Of a stretch of 36,121 bases of DNA, positions 10,751-22,475 are shown one piece after another. A program made the translations under genes and the position numbers. Origin of the DNA: Chiloscyllium plagiosum (taxonomy: Eukaryota); the NCBI RefSeq assembly GCF_004010195.1, contig NC_057719.1, forward strand, positions 53,917,199 through 53,953,319, given 5' to 3'. The notes under the pieces were generated by a model. The model made no database searches and was not told where the DNA came from. It saw nothing but the letters and a program-made list of their open reading frames with translations. Position 1 is the stretch's first letter. The number at the start of each line of letters is the position of its first letter.

Positions 10751-12564
10751 AATGAGCTGATCTAAATTATGAACAAATTGGAAATATTGATTAAATGTGA
10801 CTTAAGTTTTAGAAAATATTGTGCTGTGCATGAAATAAAATGTATCTATTTCACTGGAGTCAGGATGTATCAGTTCAAAGAAATCTCAATGATTAGCATT
10901 AGATGGTAGCATTATCTTAATTTATTTGTGTCACTTTTTTTATCAGAGACACTATCAATATAACATAAACTAAAATTTCGTTAAAAATAATCTTTTTAAA
11001 ATAGTGGAAAGAGGATGTCATATGAATATATAAAATATGCATCAGTTAATAGCATGAACAGTAATTTCTGGTCTTTCGGGTGATTTTCTGTGTGAGCTAT
11101 GGCAATATGCAGGCAATCATTAGTGTGTTTTGGAAAACGTAGACAACACATGATTATTTTCCAATATATGCTCCTGTGACAGCAAACACTTCAAAGGTTG
11201 CTGCTAACATATAGCAAAAACTTATCTTAATAATCATCTATTTGGGGCATTTCTTTTTATCTCAGACAGCAAAAATATTACACAAGCCTGCAGTCTATAT
11301 GCAAATATCTTGGATATGCAATGAATCTTGTAGGTAATGCAAGCTGTTTAGTTGTCTAAGAATATATTAATTTAAGATTTGGACATATATTTCCCAACAT
11401 CTCCTTTCGACTGTAGATATGCAGGGACATTCTTGTTTTGTCTTTGGCAATGAGGTTTGAAATAACCATATGGAGTGTAATGTTTTCCTTGCCAAAGAAA
11501 TTACTTCACTCCATTCAGTACATAGTTTATATAAAACTGAGATGAAGAGCTGCAACAAAAAGATTACAAATGTAATGAACATTAAGTAAAGTTGGTCTAC
11601 AACTTAAAGAATATAACAAATCTTTTACAGAGACCTATTCCTCTGTTTATGATAGCATTGATGCAGCTATAAGGCTTGTGCGCTCACAGAAGTCATCTAG
11701 AATGTTTACGGGTTAGGGTAAAGGCTTGGGGTGGTGTGCAGGGAATGGTGGTTTTCCTTCTCTCCCACTATATCGTCAGGGTAATGTCAGGCAGTACCTC
11801 CAGAGAAACAAGGATATTAGGAGCTATAGAACTGGAGTGGTGGACAAATTTAGATATATATCAGGTATGATCCAACAGGTAATGAAAAATGTCCAGGAAG
11901 CTGCATGTCCTATTCGTGTCCCTATGCTCCTGACTCTAATTGCTGTCAAATGTACTTACTTGCGTTGTAAGATGTCTGTAGAGTTTCTTTATTTCTGTTC
12001 AGCTGTTTCACTCTTTAGTGCTAATGTAGACTACTATGCTGAATGGCACACTGCCTGCCTTACATCTAAGTCAGACAGTCCCACTGCGGTAATGAAGAAA
12101 CTGACCTTGGAGAAGATTATACAACCTGATAATGATTATGCTATATTGCTCTTGTCTTATTTCCCAGTACATCCCAATGTGATAAGTTCCCTCATGCTAG
12201 AATGCATGAAGAAGAAATCAAGTTATTTGCACAAGGTGGTGATGGATGACTCAGTTTATTCTGGTTCTGGTAACCGAAAAGTAATGTCATTTGAATAATA
12301 GGTTTTTATCATCACTTCACCCCTCCCTACAATTAAGTAATTTGGATATGTTGTTACTTGACAGTGATTATCAAAACATGTAGCTATAGTAGCTGAAAGC
12401 AAAATCACTTGCCTCCTAGAATTAATGGAAATGCAATGGAAAGGTGTGTTTTTAATAAAAAATGAAACCTCTGATAAGAAAAAGGCAATGAATGTTTTAA
12501 CTTGCAAGATTATATTCTACCATCCAATATTTCACAAGTAAGCATTGATTTCACTGTACATTCA

Positions 12565-12770
12565 GAGAACCATAACACCATTAATGATCTATTCCTGAAG
12601 GAGGCCATTCAGACCAACTTATCTGAACTATCACATGAGTTTCTGTCTTTTCCTCTTCCTCTGCACCACTGTAAATTTTACCACTTAAAGTATTAATCCA
12701 ATTCTATTTTGAATGTAACTATTCAATCTGCTTTATTCAAGCTTTTAGGCAAAGTATTCCACTTCATTGT
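12565..12770 (-). mobile_element. Old CR1-like LINE 3' end fragment
   Basis: GAAGGAGGCCATTCAGACC tail motif and TATTAATCCAATTCTATTTTGAA, similar to 4058-4310. Confidence 0.5.
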
Positions 12771-13289
12771 TTTTAATTGATGATAAGGGGGACATGTCGC
12801 TTATGTTTTTTTTTGTCTTCTGTTGATCAAGACAAATGCAAGAATGTCGAATTTTAAATGTCCCACAAAATTATATCACCATCATAGAGGGTTTTACTAA
12901 TTGGTTGTTAACTCAACTCTGAATGATATTTTGCCACAGAGAAGATGATGGGGAACTGTAGGGTCCCAGTGCTTACAGATCATTTACAATGATTTTTTTC
13001 TCGGTAGAGGAAGATTTCTTGTACATGAATGTATGTATGTCATTTCTTGCAAGTTTAATTATAAATTGGTTGATTATTCAGCTATTAGCACATTCAGGAT
13101 TATTCAGCAACAGGTACAGAATCATATCTTGCAGTGGATATTTTCTTTGGGCTTTTGCAAACTCGGGTACTTGAGCATGGTCCGTACTCTATTTAATCAT
13201 TGACTCTTGACATTCACATAACCTTGACTGCACAGGTTGGAGCCATACCAAGCACTGAAGAAGGTAGTAATAATTGTGGGAGTTCTAGG

Positions 13290-13605
13290 ACATCACTGCA
13301 GGTGTTCCTCAGGGTCATTTCTAAGATCCAACTGTTTTCAACTGCTCCATCAATGTTCTTCCATCATTACAAGGTCAGAAGTGGAAATGTTCACTGATGA
13401 TTGCACAGTGCTCAGCATCATCTGAGACAGTTCAGACACTGAAAATCCTGATCCATCTGTAAGATGACCTGGAAAACATCCTGGCTTGGACTGATAAGTG
13501 GCAAGTAACATACATGCTTCACAAGTACCAGCCAAGAACTATCTTCAGCAAGAGGAAATCTAATCATCTCCCTCCCTTTGATATTACCAAAGCTGAACCC
13601 CCATA
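13290..13605 (+). mobile_element. Non-LTR retrotransposon RT fragment (CR1/L2 group)
   Basis: SIITRSEVEMFTDDCTVL (YADD-type motif). Homologous to the minus-strand copy at 21085-21330. Confidence 0.7.
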
Positions 13606-13999
13606 TCAATTGCTGTCTTTACTCAGTCGGTGCTTGCAAGAGGCAAAACAAATATTTACTAATGGATATGGTTCTACATTTGAGCAGCACTGTCTGAAAA
13701 AATTCTGAGTGTGCGAATAGGTACATTAATAACCAAATTAAGATAATCGATGGAGCTTGTAATGACATACCGTTATAATTGCTAGAAGCAACATGCATTC
13801 ATATATGAATCTCATCTCTGCAGACAAAAGGAATGTGTTCAAGCTTTGTTCCATTTTTGAATTACATAAGAGCATGATAAACCTTAAATTCTGCCATGCA
13901 GAAAGCAATGGAATGCCTCACCAAACAGAGTCGACTTGCCAATCAATCAGCTCACTGTCAGGAAGGATGAGATCACATCCATAGTGATGTATAGCCTGA

Positions 14000-16900
14000 G
14001 TGAGTATATAGTTGAGGGAATTTAGAGGCAGTGTAGGAATTTGTTGCAGAGAAGGTGTTTTCTGCTTGTTTTTTTGACTCACAGTTTGTAAGTTTTTTTT
14101 TGAACAAGGTATGTATTAAAGTCCAGGATCAGGGTCATGGAAGAAATAGTGATATTACAGGAAAGCTTTAAGATCATTGGTTGGTAATGGTTATTAATTT
14201 GACTATAGGTTACCTTCAGATTGAAGGTAAAAAGGGGATTATTTATAGGTTAAAAACTAAAAAGCCAGTAAAAAATCTTTGAAAATCAAATAAAGAACTA
14301 ACTAAATAAAGTAGAGATGCAAGAACAGGTATACTTGCATGATATGGGAGATAGTGGACCCCACTGTGGTTCATAGTGACCACATTTGTAACAAGTGTTG
14401 GTTGCTTGAGGAAGTCCAGCTCAGAGTTGATGAGCTGGGGACGGAGCTTCTAACACTGCGACACAACAGGGAAGGGGACAGTTACCTGGATCATGTGTTT
14501 CAGGAGGCAGTCAGCAAACTGACTGGTACAGGGAGCCATTCAAGAAAGGGGAGTGAAGAGAAATGTTGTAATCGGAGATCGTATAGTCAGGAGAGAAAGC
14601 CAGGATTGAGAATGCTGAAGGCTGTGATGCCTGCCTGGTGCCTACATTCAGGATATCTTGTCTGGGTTGCAGAAGGATCTGGAGTGGAACAGGAAAGATA
14701 TAGTTGTTGTGGTCCACGTAAGTACCAGCAATACATGTAGAAAAAGAAAAAGGGTTCAGTTGAGGAAATATGATCAGCTAGCAGCTAAATTTAAAAGCAG
14801 AATCAAAAAGATCATAATCTCCAGACTGCTACCTGAGCCATGAGCTAATTGGCACAGAGTGAGCTAGATTAAAGATGCTCAAAGGTTGGTGTTGGAGATT
14901 TGATTTCCTGGGAGATTGGCACCAGTACTGGGGAAGGAGGGATCTGTTCTGATGGGACAGGCACTAGTTGAGTCATGCTTGGATCAGAGTCCAAGAAAAT
15001 CACATAAACCAGGCTGTGGATAAGGACTTTAAATGAAATAGTGTGTGTGTGGGATGGTGAGGTTGGGGGGTGGAGGTGAGGTGGGGGTGTTGGAAGAGAG
15101 GGGCCTGTTCAGTTGCATGGAAAATAATGTAAAAAAACTAAAAAACTTAAAGGAGGGAGGGCTCAGCAGAGGTTATTAAAGTTTCCAGAAGAAGTAATAT
15201 GACAGTGAGTATGGAAAAGGTCAGGAATCTAACTTTAGACACAGCAGATACAGGGACAACTAAGAAAAGGGGTGCAGTCAGTGGAAGGTTAGAGTGTGCA
15301 GTATATCAGACAAGCTAAATGACCTTTGTAATGCAGATTGAAATTGGTGAATAAAATGTTACAGGTATCTCACAGATGTGGTTGCATAGGGATCCGGGCT
15401 GAAGTGAAATGGTGATGGAGTAGCAGACCAGAACTTCAAGACAGTCAGGGGCAGAGGTGAGTGTAGTGGCCAACACTAAAAAGAAGGTGCCAGGGAAGCT
15501 GACAGGTCTGAAGGATAAATCACCCAGACTAGATGGTCTTCACCCCATTCTGAATTCCGAATGAAATAGCTGAGGAGATTATTGGATACATTGATGATGA
15601 TCTTGTAGGACTCACTGGTGTCAGGGAAAATCCCAGATGACTGGAAAATGGTGAATGTAGCACCCCTGTTTGAGAGAGGGAGTCAGAAGACATGAAATTA
15701 CAGGACGGTAAGATTGAACCCAGATAAGATATCCTGAACCTAGGCATCAGGCAGACAACACAGCATTCATTGGTGCGATTTTAGGGTCCTTTATTAAGAA
15801 TGACATTTCAGAGTACTTGGAAGTGCATGGTCTTATAGGCTGTGTCATCAAGGGGAATTCATGCCTTTAAAATCCATTGGAAATTATTGAAGAGGTGAGG
15901 AGCAAGTTAAACAATGGAGAGCCAGTGGATGTGATCTATTTGGATTTCCAGCAGGGTTTTGACAAGGTGCTTCAAGGAAGATGTTAAATAAGATGGTGTT
16001 AGAGGTAAGGCACTGGCATGTATAGAGATTTGGCTAGTTGGCAGAAGGAAGAGATGGGTATAAAGGGTTTATTTTTCAAGAGAGCAGCCACTGACTCATG
16101 GAGTTCCGCTGGGGTCTGTGTTGGGATCACAGCTATTCATATTACATACTACCAATCTGGATAAAGGTACTAAGATTAGATTTTTAAGTTACATTACGGT
16201 GTGGAAACAGGCCATTTGCCCCAACAAGTCCACACCGACCCGCCAAAGCATAACCCAGCCATACCCTTATATTTACCCCTTACCTAACACTACGGGCAAT
16301 TTAGCATGGCCAATTCACCTGACCTGCACATCTTTGTACTGTGGGAGGAAACTGGAGCACCCGGAGGAAACCCACACAGACACAGGGAGAACGTGCAAAC
16401 TCCACACAGTCAGTCATCTGAGGTGGGAATTGAACCCGGGTCTCTGGCGCTGTGAGGCAGCAGTGCTAACCACTGTGCCACCGTGCCACCCACTAAGCTT
16501 GCAGATGACCCAAAGATAGGTGGAGGAACAACTAGTGTTGAGGAAACAGGGAGTTGCAGAATGACTTGGACAGGCTAGGACAGTAAAAAAAGAAATAACA
16601 TATGGAATACAATGTGGAAAAGTAAGGTTATGCACTTTGGTGGGAAGAATAGAGGCATAAACTATTTTCAAAATAGGGACAGACTTTGGAATTTGGAGCA
16701 CAAAATAACTTAGTCCTAATTCGGAATTCTCTAAATGTTAAGTTTCAGTTGGCAGTTAGGAAGGCAAATGCAATGTTAGCTTTCATTTCAAGATGGCTAG
16801 AATACAAAAGCAGAGATGCATTGCTGAGACTGCATAATGGTCTGGTCGGACAGCATTTGGAACATTGTATCTAATGAAGGATGTGCTGGTGTTGGAGGAG

Positions 16901-17385
16901 GTCTAGAATCGGTTCACAAGAATGATCCTGTGAATGAAGGATTTGTCATATGAGGAGCAGTTGAGGACTTTGGGTCTGTACTCAATGGTGTTTAGAAGGA
17001 TGACAGTATCTCACTGAAACTTACAGAATACCAGGAGGCCTGAATAGAGTCGAAATGGGAAGGTGTTTCCACAAGGAAGAGAAACTTGATTGTGAGGGTG
17101 CAGCCTTAGAGTGAAGGAGCAGCCCTTTAGAGCTGAGATAGGGGACATTTCTTCAGTTAGAGTGTGATGAATCTGTGGAACTCATTGCTTCGAAAGCTAT
17201 GGAAACCAAGTAATTAATCACCTTTAAGAGAGCAATAGATAGGTTCTTCATTATTAAGGGGATCAAAGGTTTCAGGGAGAATACAGGAGAATGGGGTTGA
17301 GAAGCATCTCAACAATGATTGAATGCTGGAGCTGACTCAATGGGCCAAATGGTCTAATTCTATGCCTGTATCCTTTGGTCTTAGG
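14000..17385 (+). mobile_element. Degraded, internally deleted CR1 LINE (ORF1 zinc finger/esterase, ORF2 remnants, 3' tail)
   Basis: CMIWEIVDPTVVHSDHICNKCWLLEEVQLRVDEL (CR1 ORF1 zinc finger/leucine zipper); VVVHVSTSN (GTND-like esterase motif); VDVIYLDFQQGFDKV near 15925; tail AATGGTCTAATTCT...TGGTCTTA near 17350-17385. The 5' boundary is approximate. Confidence 0.85.
16175..16491 (-). mobile_element. HE1-type SINE, full length, inserted in the CR1 RT
   Basis: A-box TGGCACAGTGG and B-box GGTTCAATTCC on the minus strand, with a TCTAA-type tail. Possible 6-bp TSD ACTAAG (16169-16174 / 16492-16497). Confidence 0.92.
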
Positions 17386-17529
17386 ACTCAAAGACCACTC
17401 AGTTTATTTTTCTCCTGTCAAATAAATTGTTTTGAAAACTTGAAATTTGACATTTTTCGTATTCTGCATTTTTCCTGAAAAGTTCAACATGTAAATTTTC
17501 AGCAATATGTCTCTCTTGTCAACAACGTT

Positions 17530-17990
17530 CAAGTGCTAGCAAGCAAATATTTTTATCCTTCCTATCACCTCTGATTTTATTTCACAATTATCTTAAATCT
17601 ATCTCCCCTGATTACCCACAATTCTGCGAGTGGAAACAGTTTATGTTTTTTGATTTTGTCAACACCCTTCATGATTTTGAATCTCTCTTTTAAATCTCCT
17701 TTAACTTCTTTTGCAAATGGAAAATGATCTCAGTCTCTTTATCTCTCCATGCAACAGGTGTCCTATACAGCTGATAACACTTTTGTAAATCTCCTCTCCA
17801 TTCTGTCTAAGGCATTAAGATCCTTCCCAACTGTGGTACCCAGAAATGACCCCAGTTAGACAATAAGACAAAGGAAGAGTGTTAGGCCATTTGACCCATC
17901 AAGTCAGCTCTAGTATTTGATCATAGCTGATATGTTTCTCAATCATATTTTCCTGCTTTACCCCTGTAACCCTCAATCCCCTTATCACTT
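17530..17990 (-). mobile_element. Old CR1-like fragments (ORF2 end at about 17530-17855; separate 3' tail at about 17863-17990)
   Basis: ACACCCTTCATGATTTTGAA is the reverse of an FKIMKG-type motif. The tail ATAAGACA.AGGA..AG..TTAGGCCATT is the reverse-complement type of 17340-17385. Confidence 0.6.
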
Positions 17991-19114
17991 CATTCAGATG
18001 AAAGTGAATGCCTTTCTCACGGTCTCTACGTCCACACAGAATTGGATTTTCCTCCATCTTCAATTGCCAAATTAATTACATTGGCTTTAATTATCTTTTG
18101 GTGATATTAATGAATATGTTAGATATGCTCCTTCCCTTTAATGTGAATATCCTTCCAGTTATTTTCTTTCATTATGATTTTTCAATTTTTAATTCCAAGA
18201 CATTTGCACTGAAGAGGCTGTGTTTTATGATTTTCTTAACTCAGTGGTAATTTTCCTTAATTTTAAACGTAATTAAATGGTTAATATATGCTTAAAACCA
18301 TGTAATTTATTTGTCGATCTTTGTCAGCTTCAAATGTTTTATTTGCTGGTGAAGAATTTGCAGTGAAAAATATATTCATGAGGACACTTTTTAAGGATTT
18401 TCGTTCTGAGATCCAATAGGTGTCAAGGTGCATAAATGTTACCAAGAGGTACCATGTTTTCACCAGCTTGCTGCTGACAACAACCCGTATTTATTTAGCA
18501 ATTCTAAAGTTCAAAGCCTTTCAGAACTGGCATAACAAAACAAAATATGATGCTGAGCCACATTGAATCACAAAATGGGTACAGGAGGAGAACACTTGGA
18601 TCATCATTCATGTACGAACTCACTGCAAGATCAACTCAGTAAGCCTCACTCTCCGCCCTTTCACCATAGCTCTGAAAATATAATCCCTTCAGACAATTGT
18701 CCAATTTTCTCTTGAAAAGCAAGCCTCTAATCTTCAGTAGGGCATTCAGCATCCTAATGACTCAATGTGTAAAAATAACATTTTCCTTGTGATGACTTTG
18801 GGGTTCCTTTGACAACTGTTTCAAATAAGTATCCATGGAAACACCACCATCTGTAAAAATCCTCATCTTTCAATTCTTTCTCACAAATTTCTCTGCATCT
18901 TTCCCTGAGCCTCACATCGAAAGTGCAGTGCCCAGACTTGGACAAAGGTTTCCAACTGAGGCTGTAAAAATTTTTAAAGATTCATACGATTCCTTGAGTT
19001 TGCACTCCTTGCTCTATTTTGTAGCTTACATGGATATTTGCTCACTTTCCAAAATTTTCCTGTGGCCTTCAAATATTTGTGTCCTTATATCCCCAGGTTT
19101 TTCTGCACACCTAT

Positions 19115-19295
19115 TAGGTAAGGTGGATTGGCCATGTTAAATTGTGCATAGTGTCCAGGGATGTGAAGGCTAATTGGATTACCCATGGGAAATTCAGATT
19201 TACAGGGATAGGGTAGAGAGATTGGACTAGGTGGGATGCTCTTTGGAGGGTTGGTACAGTAGGGTTAGGCTAAATGGCCTGTTTCCACACTAATC
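19115..19295 (+). mobile_element. HE1-like SINE 3' half
   Basis: GGTGGATTGGCCATGTTAAATTG...AAATGGCCTGTTTCCACACT matches the central and 3' parts of the other SINE copies. Confidence 0.75.
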
Positions 19296-19479
19296 ATTCC
19301 TGAAACACCATGGATTCTATGGCTTCATGAATCTTTTAAAAATCGATTTTTTTTTTGTATTACAGCTATTGTTTTAATTTGTGTTTTAAATATGTAGTGT
19401 AAAATAGTCAGCTATTTAGGATGGCAATTCTAGTGCATAGAATATGGAACCCAGCTGAAGGCATGAGCACCAATTTGCA

Positions 19480-20050
19480 TGTGATTAAAATTGGAGAGGA
19501 TTAAGAGGTCAGAAGTGAAGGAACAAAGTTGTCTCAGAGGTGTGAGGTTGGAGGAGATGATAGAGATGGAAAGGAGATGAGACCATGAAGGGATTTCAAT
19601 AGAAGGATGAGAATTTTAGGATTGTGCTGTTGTCAACTGGGGACCAACATAGGTTAGTGACCATGGAGTGATTAAAGAGGAGAAGGCAAGGGAATGGAAT
19701 TTGAGTGAAAGTTGCCAAATGAGTCTTGGCAACTGAGTTTACAATGTGTGGAAGCCAACCAGGCTCAGTCAACCAGTCGACCAGGTCTGTTATAATAGTC
19801 AACAATGGAACTAACAGAGACCTAAATGAAGGTTACGACAGAAGACGAGCAGAATCAGCCAATATTACTAATTTGTATGTAATTAATCTTCGTGATAGCA
19901 CATCTCGGAATCAGAAACGATACCAGAGTTGCAAACACGCTGCTTCAGCTTCAGATAATTGCCAAGGAGAGGGAGTTGGTGATGAGAGAGCAGAGTTTGT
20001 GCTGGGGTCTGAAAACAATGACTTCAGTCTTCCCAATATTTAATTGCTGA
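19480..20050 (-). mobile_element. Old L2-like LINE fragment
   Basis: Purine-rich + strand pattern (GGAGGAGATGATAGAGAT..GACCATGAAGGGATTT..GGATGAGAATTTTA) that I recognise as antisense L2 ORF2 3' region. No clean ORF. Confidence 0.45.
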
Positions 20051-20428
20051 GCAAAAAAGAGTATCTAATCAGTGATAGTAAGTTTTTTTTTACTCTATTC
20101 CTGAAACAACACTTTTTCAAAGTTTCAACAGAAGAGCAATGAATTTTTCTTTGTGATCTAATGCAACAGTTCCACAGATTACTGGGGATGATTCACATTA
20201 GAATTCGCGGAATTCACATTCTCCATTTTAACTCATTGCTGCAGAAGTTCTGTGAATAGAGATTGCATAAGTCTTAACAATTGCCAATGATTTATGGTAT
20301 TACAGAGATTTCCTGTTTTTAATGGAACAATATGATGAGAGATAACAAAGCACAGAGTTCTATTTTGATTAATGCTGATGCAACTCACTACATAATTAAT
20401 ACTGCCAGACACAGAATTATCTCTGCAG

Positions 20429-21001
20429 TGATCATAATGAGGTGAGCCAGCTGGACGTTAAAGAATATGCATTCCCTAATTGGGGCTGTTAATCTGGTCC
20501 AATCAGGGAGCCCTGGCTGGCAGAGATAATGGGAGTGTAGCCAGAAGGTGGGTAGGGGCGGGCTGCCTTAGAATGGTCGGAAGGTGGGAGGGATGGGGGC
20601 TTGCTGGGTCTGTATTGTCTGCACTTTGTATGTAACAGTATTGTCTAATGTACAAATGTCATTGTCACTGTCTTGCCATAAGTGGAACTGGGATTTGAGG
20701 TTTGTCCTCATCTCCCTGTAAAATGGTTGAATGGTAGGGTTTGGGGCCTAACTTTGCTGCTCCTCTCCCTTGTAACATTGCTGTCTCTTATGTACAGCTG
20801 TAAATGTTTTTTGTAAACTGTTTGTTTGTAATTTGTTTAATAAAATATAAATATAACCAGGAAAAAAAAATAATGGGAGTGTCAGAGATTCTGACACTCT
20901 AGGTGCTGACTCTGATGAGGTTGTGCCAGAGTCAAGGACTTTCCACATGTAAATACAGGGTAACTTGATCACAGGATACTAGCCTCTGTGATGTTATTTC
21001 A
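20429..21001 (+). mobile_element. LTR of a Gypsy-type retrotransposon, interrupted by a poly(A)-tailed insertion
   Basis: TG...TTATTTCA termini and an internal CCAAT box (20499). It lies directly upstream of gag/protease remnants. Confidence 0.55.
20539..20869 (+). mobile_element. 5'-truncated L1-type retroposed 3' end with poly(A) tail and 13-bp TSD
   Basis: Direct repeat ATAATGGGAGTGT at 20526-20538 and 20870-20882; AATAAA at 20839; A-run from 20862; G-rich 5' part. Confidence 0.8.
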
Positions 21002-21084
21002 GTACAATGACTGTGGGATATGTTGCCGATAAAACTTGCTCGCAACAATCGTCTTTGAGTTGAAGTAAGCATTTCTGACATGAT

Positions 21085-21330
21085 CATAAGATTCTCTCTT
21101 GTTGGAGATGGTCATTGCCTGACACATATATGGCACAGATGTTACTTGTCACTTGTCAGCCCAAGCCCATTGTCTATGTCTGCTACATTTGGACTTGGAC
21201 TGCTTCAGTACTTGAGGAGTCACAAATGGTGCTGAATATGTGCAATCAACAGCGAATGATTCCCATTCTGATGTTATGATGGAGGTAAGCTCATTGGTGA
21301 AGATGGTTGGGTCTAGGACACTACCTCGAG
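21085..21330 (-). mobile_element. Non-LTR RT fragment, same family as 13290-13605
   Basis: Minus translation RGSVLDPTIFTNELTSIITSE..FAVDCT..WAWADK. Confidence 0.75.
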
Positions 21331-22475
21331 AAATTGGGAAGCTCAACTCATTCGATCATGCCTTCAAAGACTGGGCCCAGTGTGTGGAAGGAATATGTTA
21401 CTTTTTCAGGGCAAATGACACTGGGGCAGATGAAAATTAACAAGTAGCTCTCCTGGCAGCCTGTGGACCTGCAGCCTTTTCAGTTATTAGGAATCTAACT
21501 TTCCCTGAGGCACCAGATACTGAAACCTTTGAGAGTTGATGGATTTAGTTAAGGAATATTACAACACCAAGTCTCCCACAATTCTGAGATGCTATTGTTT
21601 TTACCTGGCAATGAGAGAACAAGGGGAATCCATGTTGGGATTTTTGATGAGGTTAAGATGACTGGCAGAGGCAGTGACTTTGTTTTATCTCTTAACGAGA
21701 TTCTGAGAGACCGTTTGATATATGAGACTAATGACATAACCATATAAAAGCACCCATTATCTGAAGCCCTATCTGGACTTCAAACAGACAGTACAACTGA
21801 TTTTGTTCTTGGGAAATGCAGCCAGTGGAGCATATGAGTTACAGGATATTCTAATGGACGTGGAAGTCAGACTGAGCTTGGGGAACACCACTTGAGTGAA
21901 GACAATTGCGTCTCCTGAAAAGAGGGACCCTAGGTCAGCCCAGAGCGAAACCCCAAAACAAAGCTAAGCCTGAGCCAAATTTTCTTCAGGATCTGTGTCG
22001 ACAAGCCATTTAATTGCTGTCAGTATGTGGACTTGCGACAGCAAAAGAGTTCCACTGACCCTAAACTGAGTAAGAGAATTATAGGCCAGTATCCAGGAGA
22101 GTGCACAGCCGAGAAAGTCCAACTATGTCAGGTTTGGAACATTTAAATTGATCAGCAACATTCAAATCAGAATCAATCAAAATAAACATCTGGTTAAAGG
22201 GTCACCCAGTTCTAGTGGAGGTCAATACCAGCACGGCCATATCCGTGATTGCAGAACCAGTTTTTGACAAAATTTGCCTAGTCTCCAACGTTTAAGATTG
22301 CGCAAGACCTCAGATAGACTGATAATCTATACGGGAGAGCCTTTACAGATTAGGGGTACAAATTTGGTTCCGGTTTCTTATGAAAAGCAATGGTTCAATT
22401 ACCAGTGATCGTAGTAAAAGGCTTGGGCCCAAGCTTGATGGAGCAAAATTGATTGTGAGAGATTTACCTAGATTG
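21331..22475 (+). mobile_element. Gypsy/Ty3 LTR retrotransposon internal remnant (gag plus aspartic protease), pseudogenised
   Basis: GKLNSFD..DWAQCVE..YFFRAND; LLAACGPAAFSVIRNLTFPEAP; EILRDRL; protease GHPVLVEVNTSTAISVI (DTG decayed to NTS); YTGEPLQIRG; VVKGLGPSL. Cut off by the CR1 at 22476. Confidence 0.8.

Larger units (their letters stand above)
2946..12298 (+). pseudogene. L: Endogenous Mononegavirales (paramyxovirus-like) L polymerase gene remnant, heavily degraded and split by later insertions
   Basis: Colinear motif remnants: GGAGAT-ATCAA = GD[N]Q with a 1-nt deletion (4321-4331); FIKGRML (4558); YSANM (5062); LRSP..GN/KT (6059/6203); WAVNG (7147); AHTI (7234); HIHMSSD..DNLLF..MGLTSFE (7290-7391); QLQ..CCL* (7490-7524); SLTEFIL (7841); GFMFPKSG (8291); YQFKEISMISIRW*HYLNL (10868); IVERGCHM (11001); FISD (11256); CLVV/K (11345-11360); MECNVFL (11470); LSKVGLQL (11582). 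Compared by eye with remembered consensus motifs. Confidence 0.75.

Noticed and set aside
13630..13900. Possible conserved non-coding element (TAAT-rich unique DNA)
   Set aside because: Cannot be judged without cross-species alignment, and the motifs are expected by chance in AT-rich DNA.
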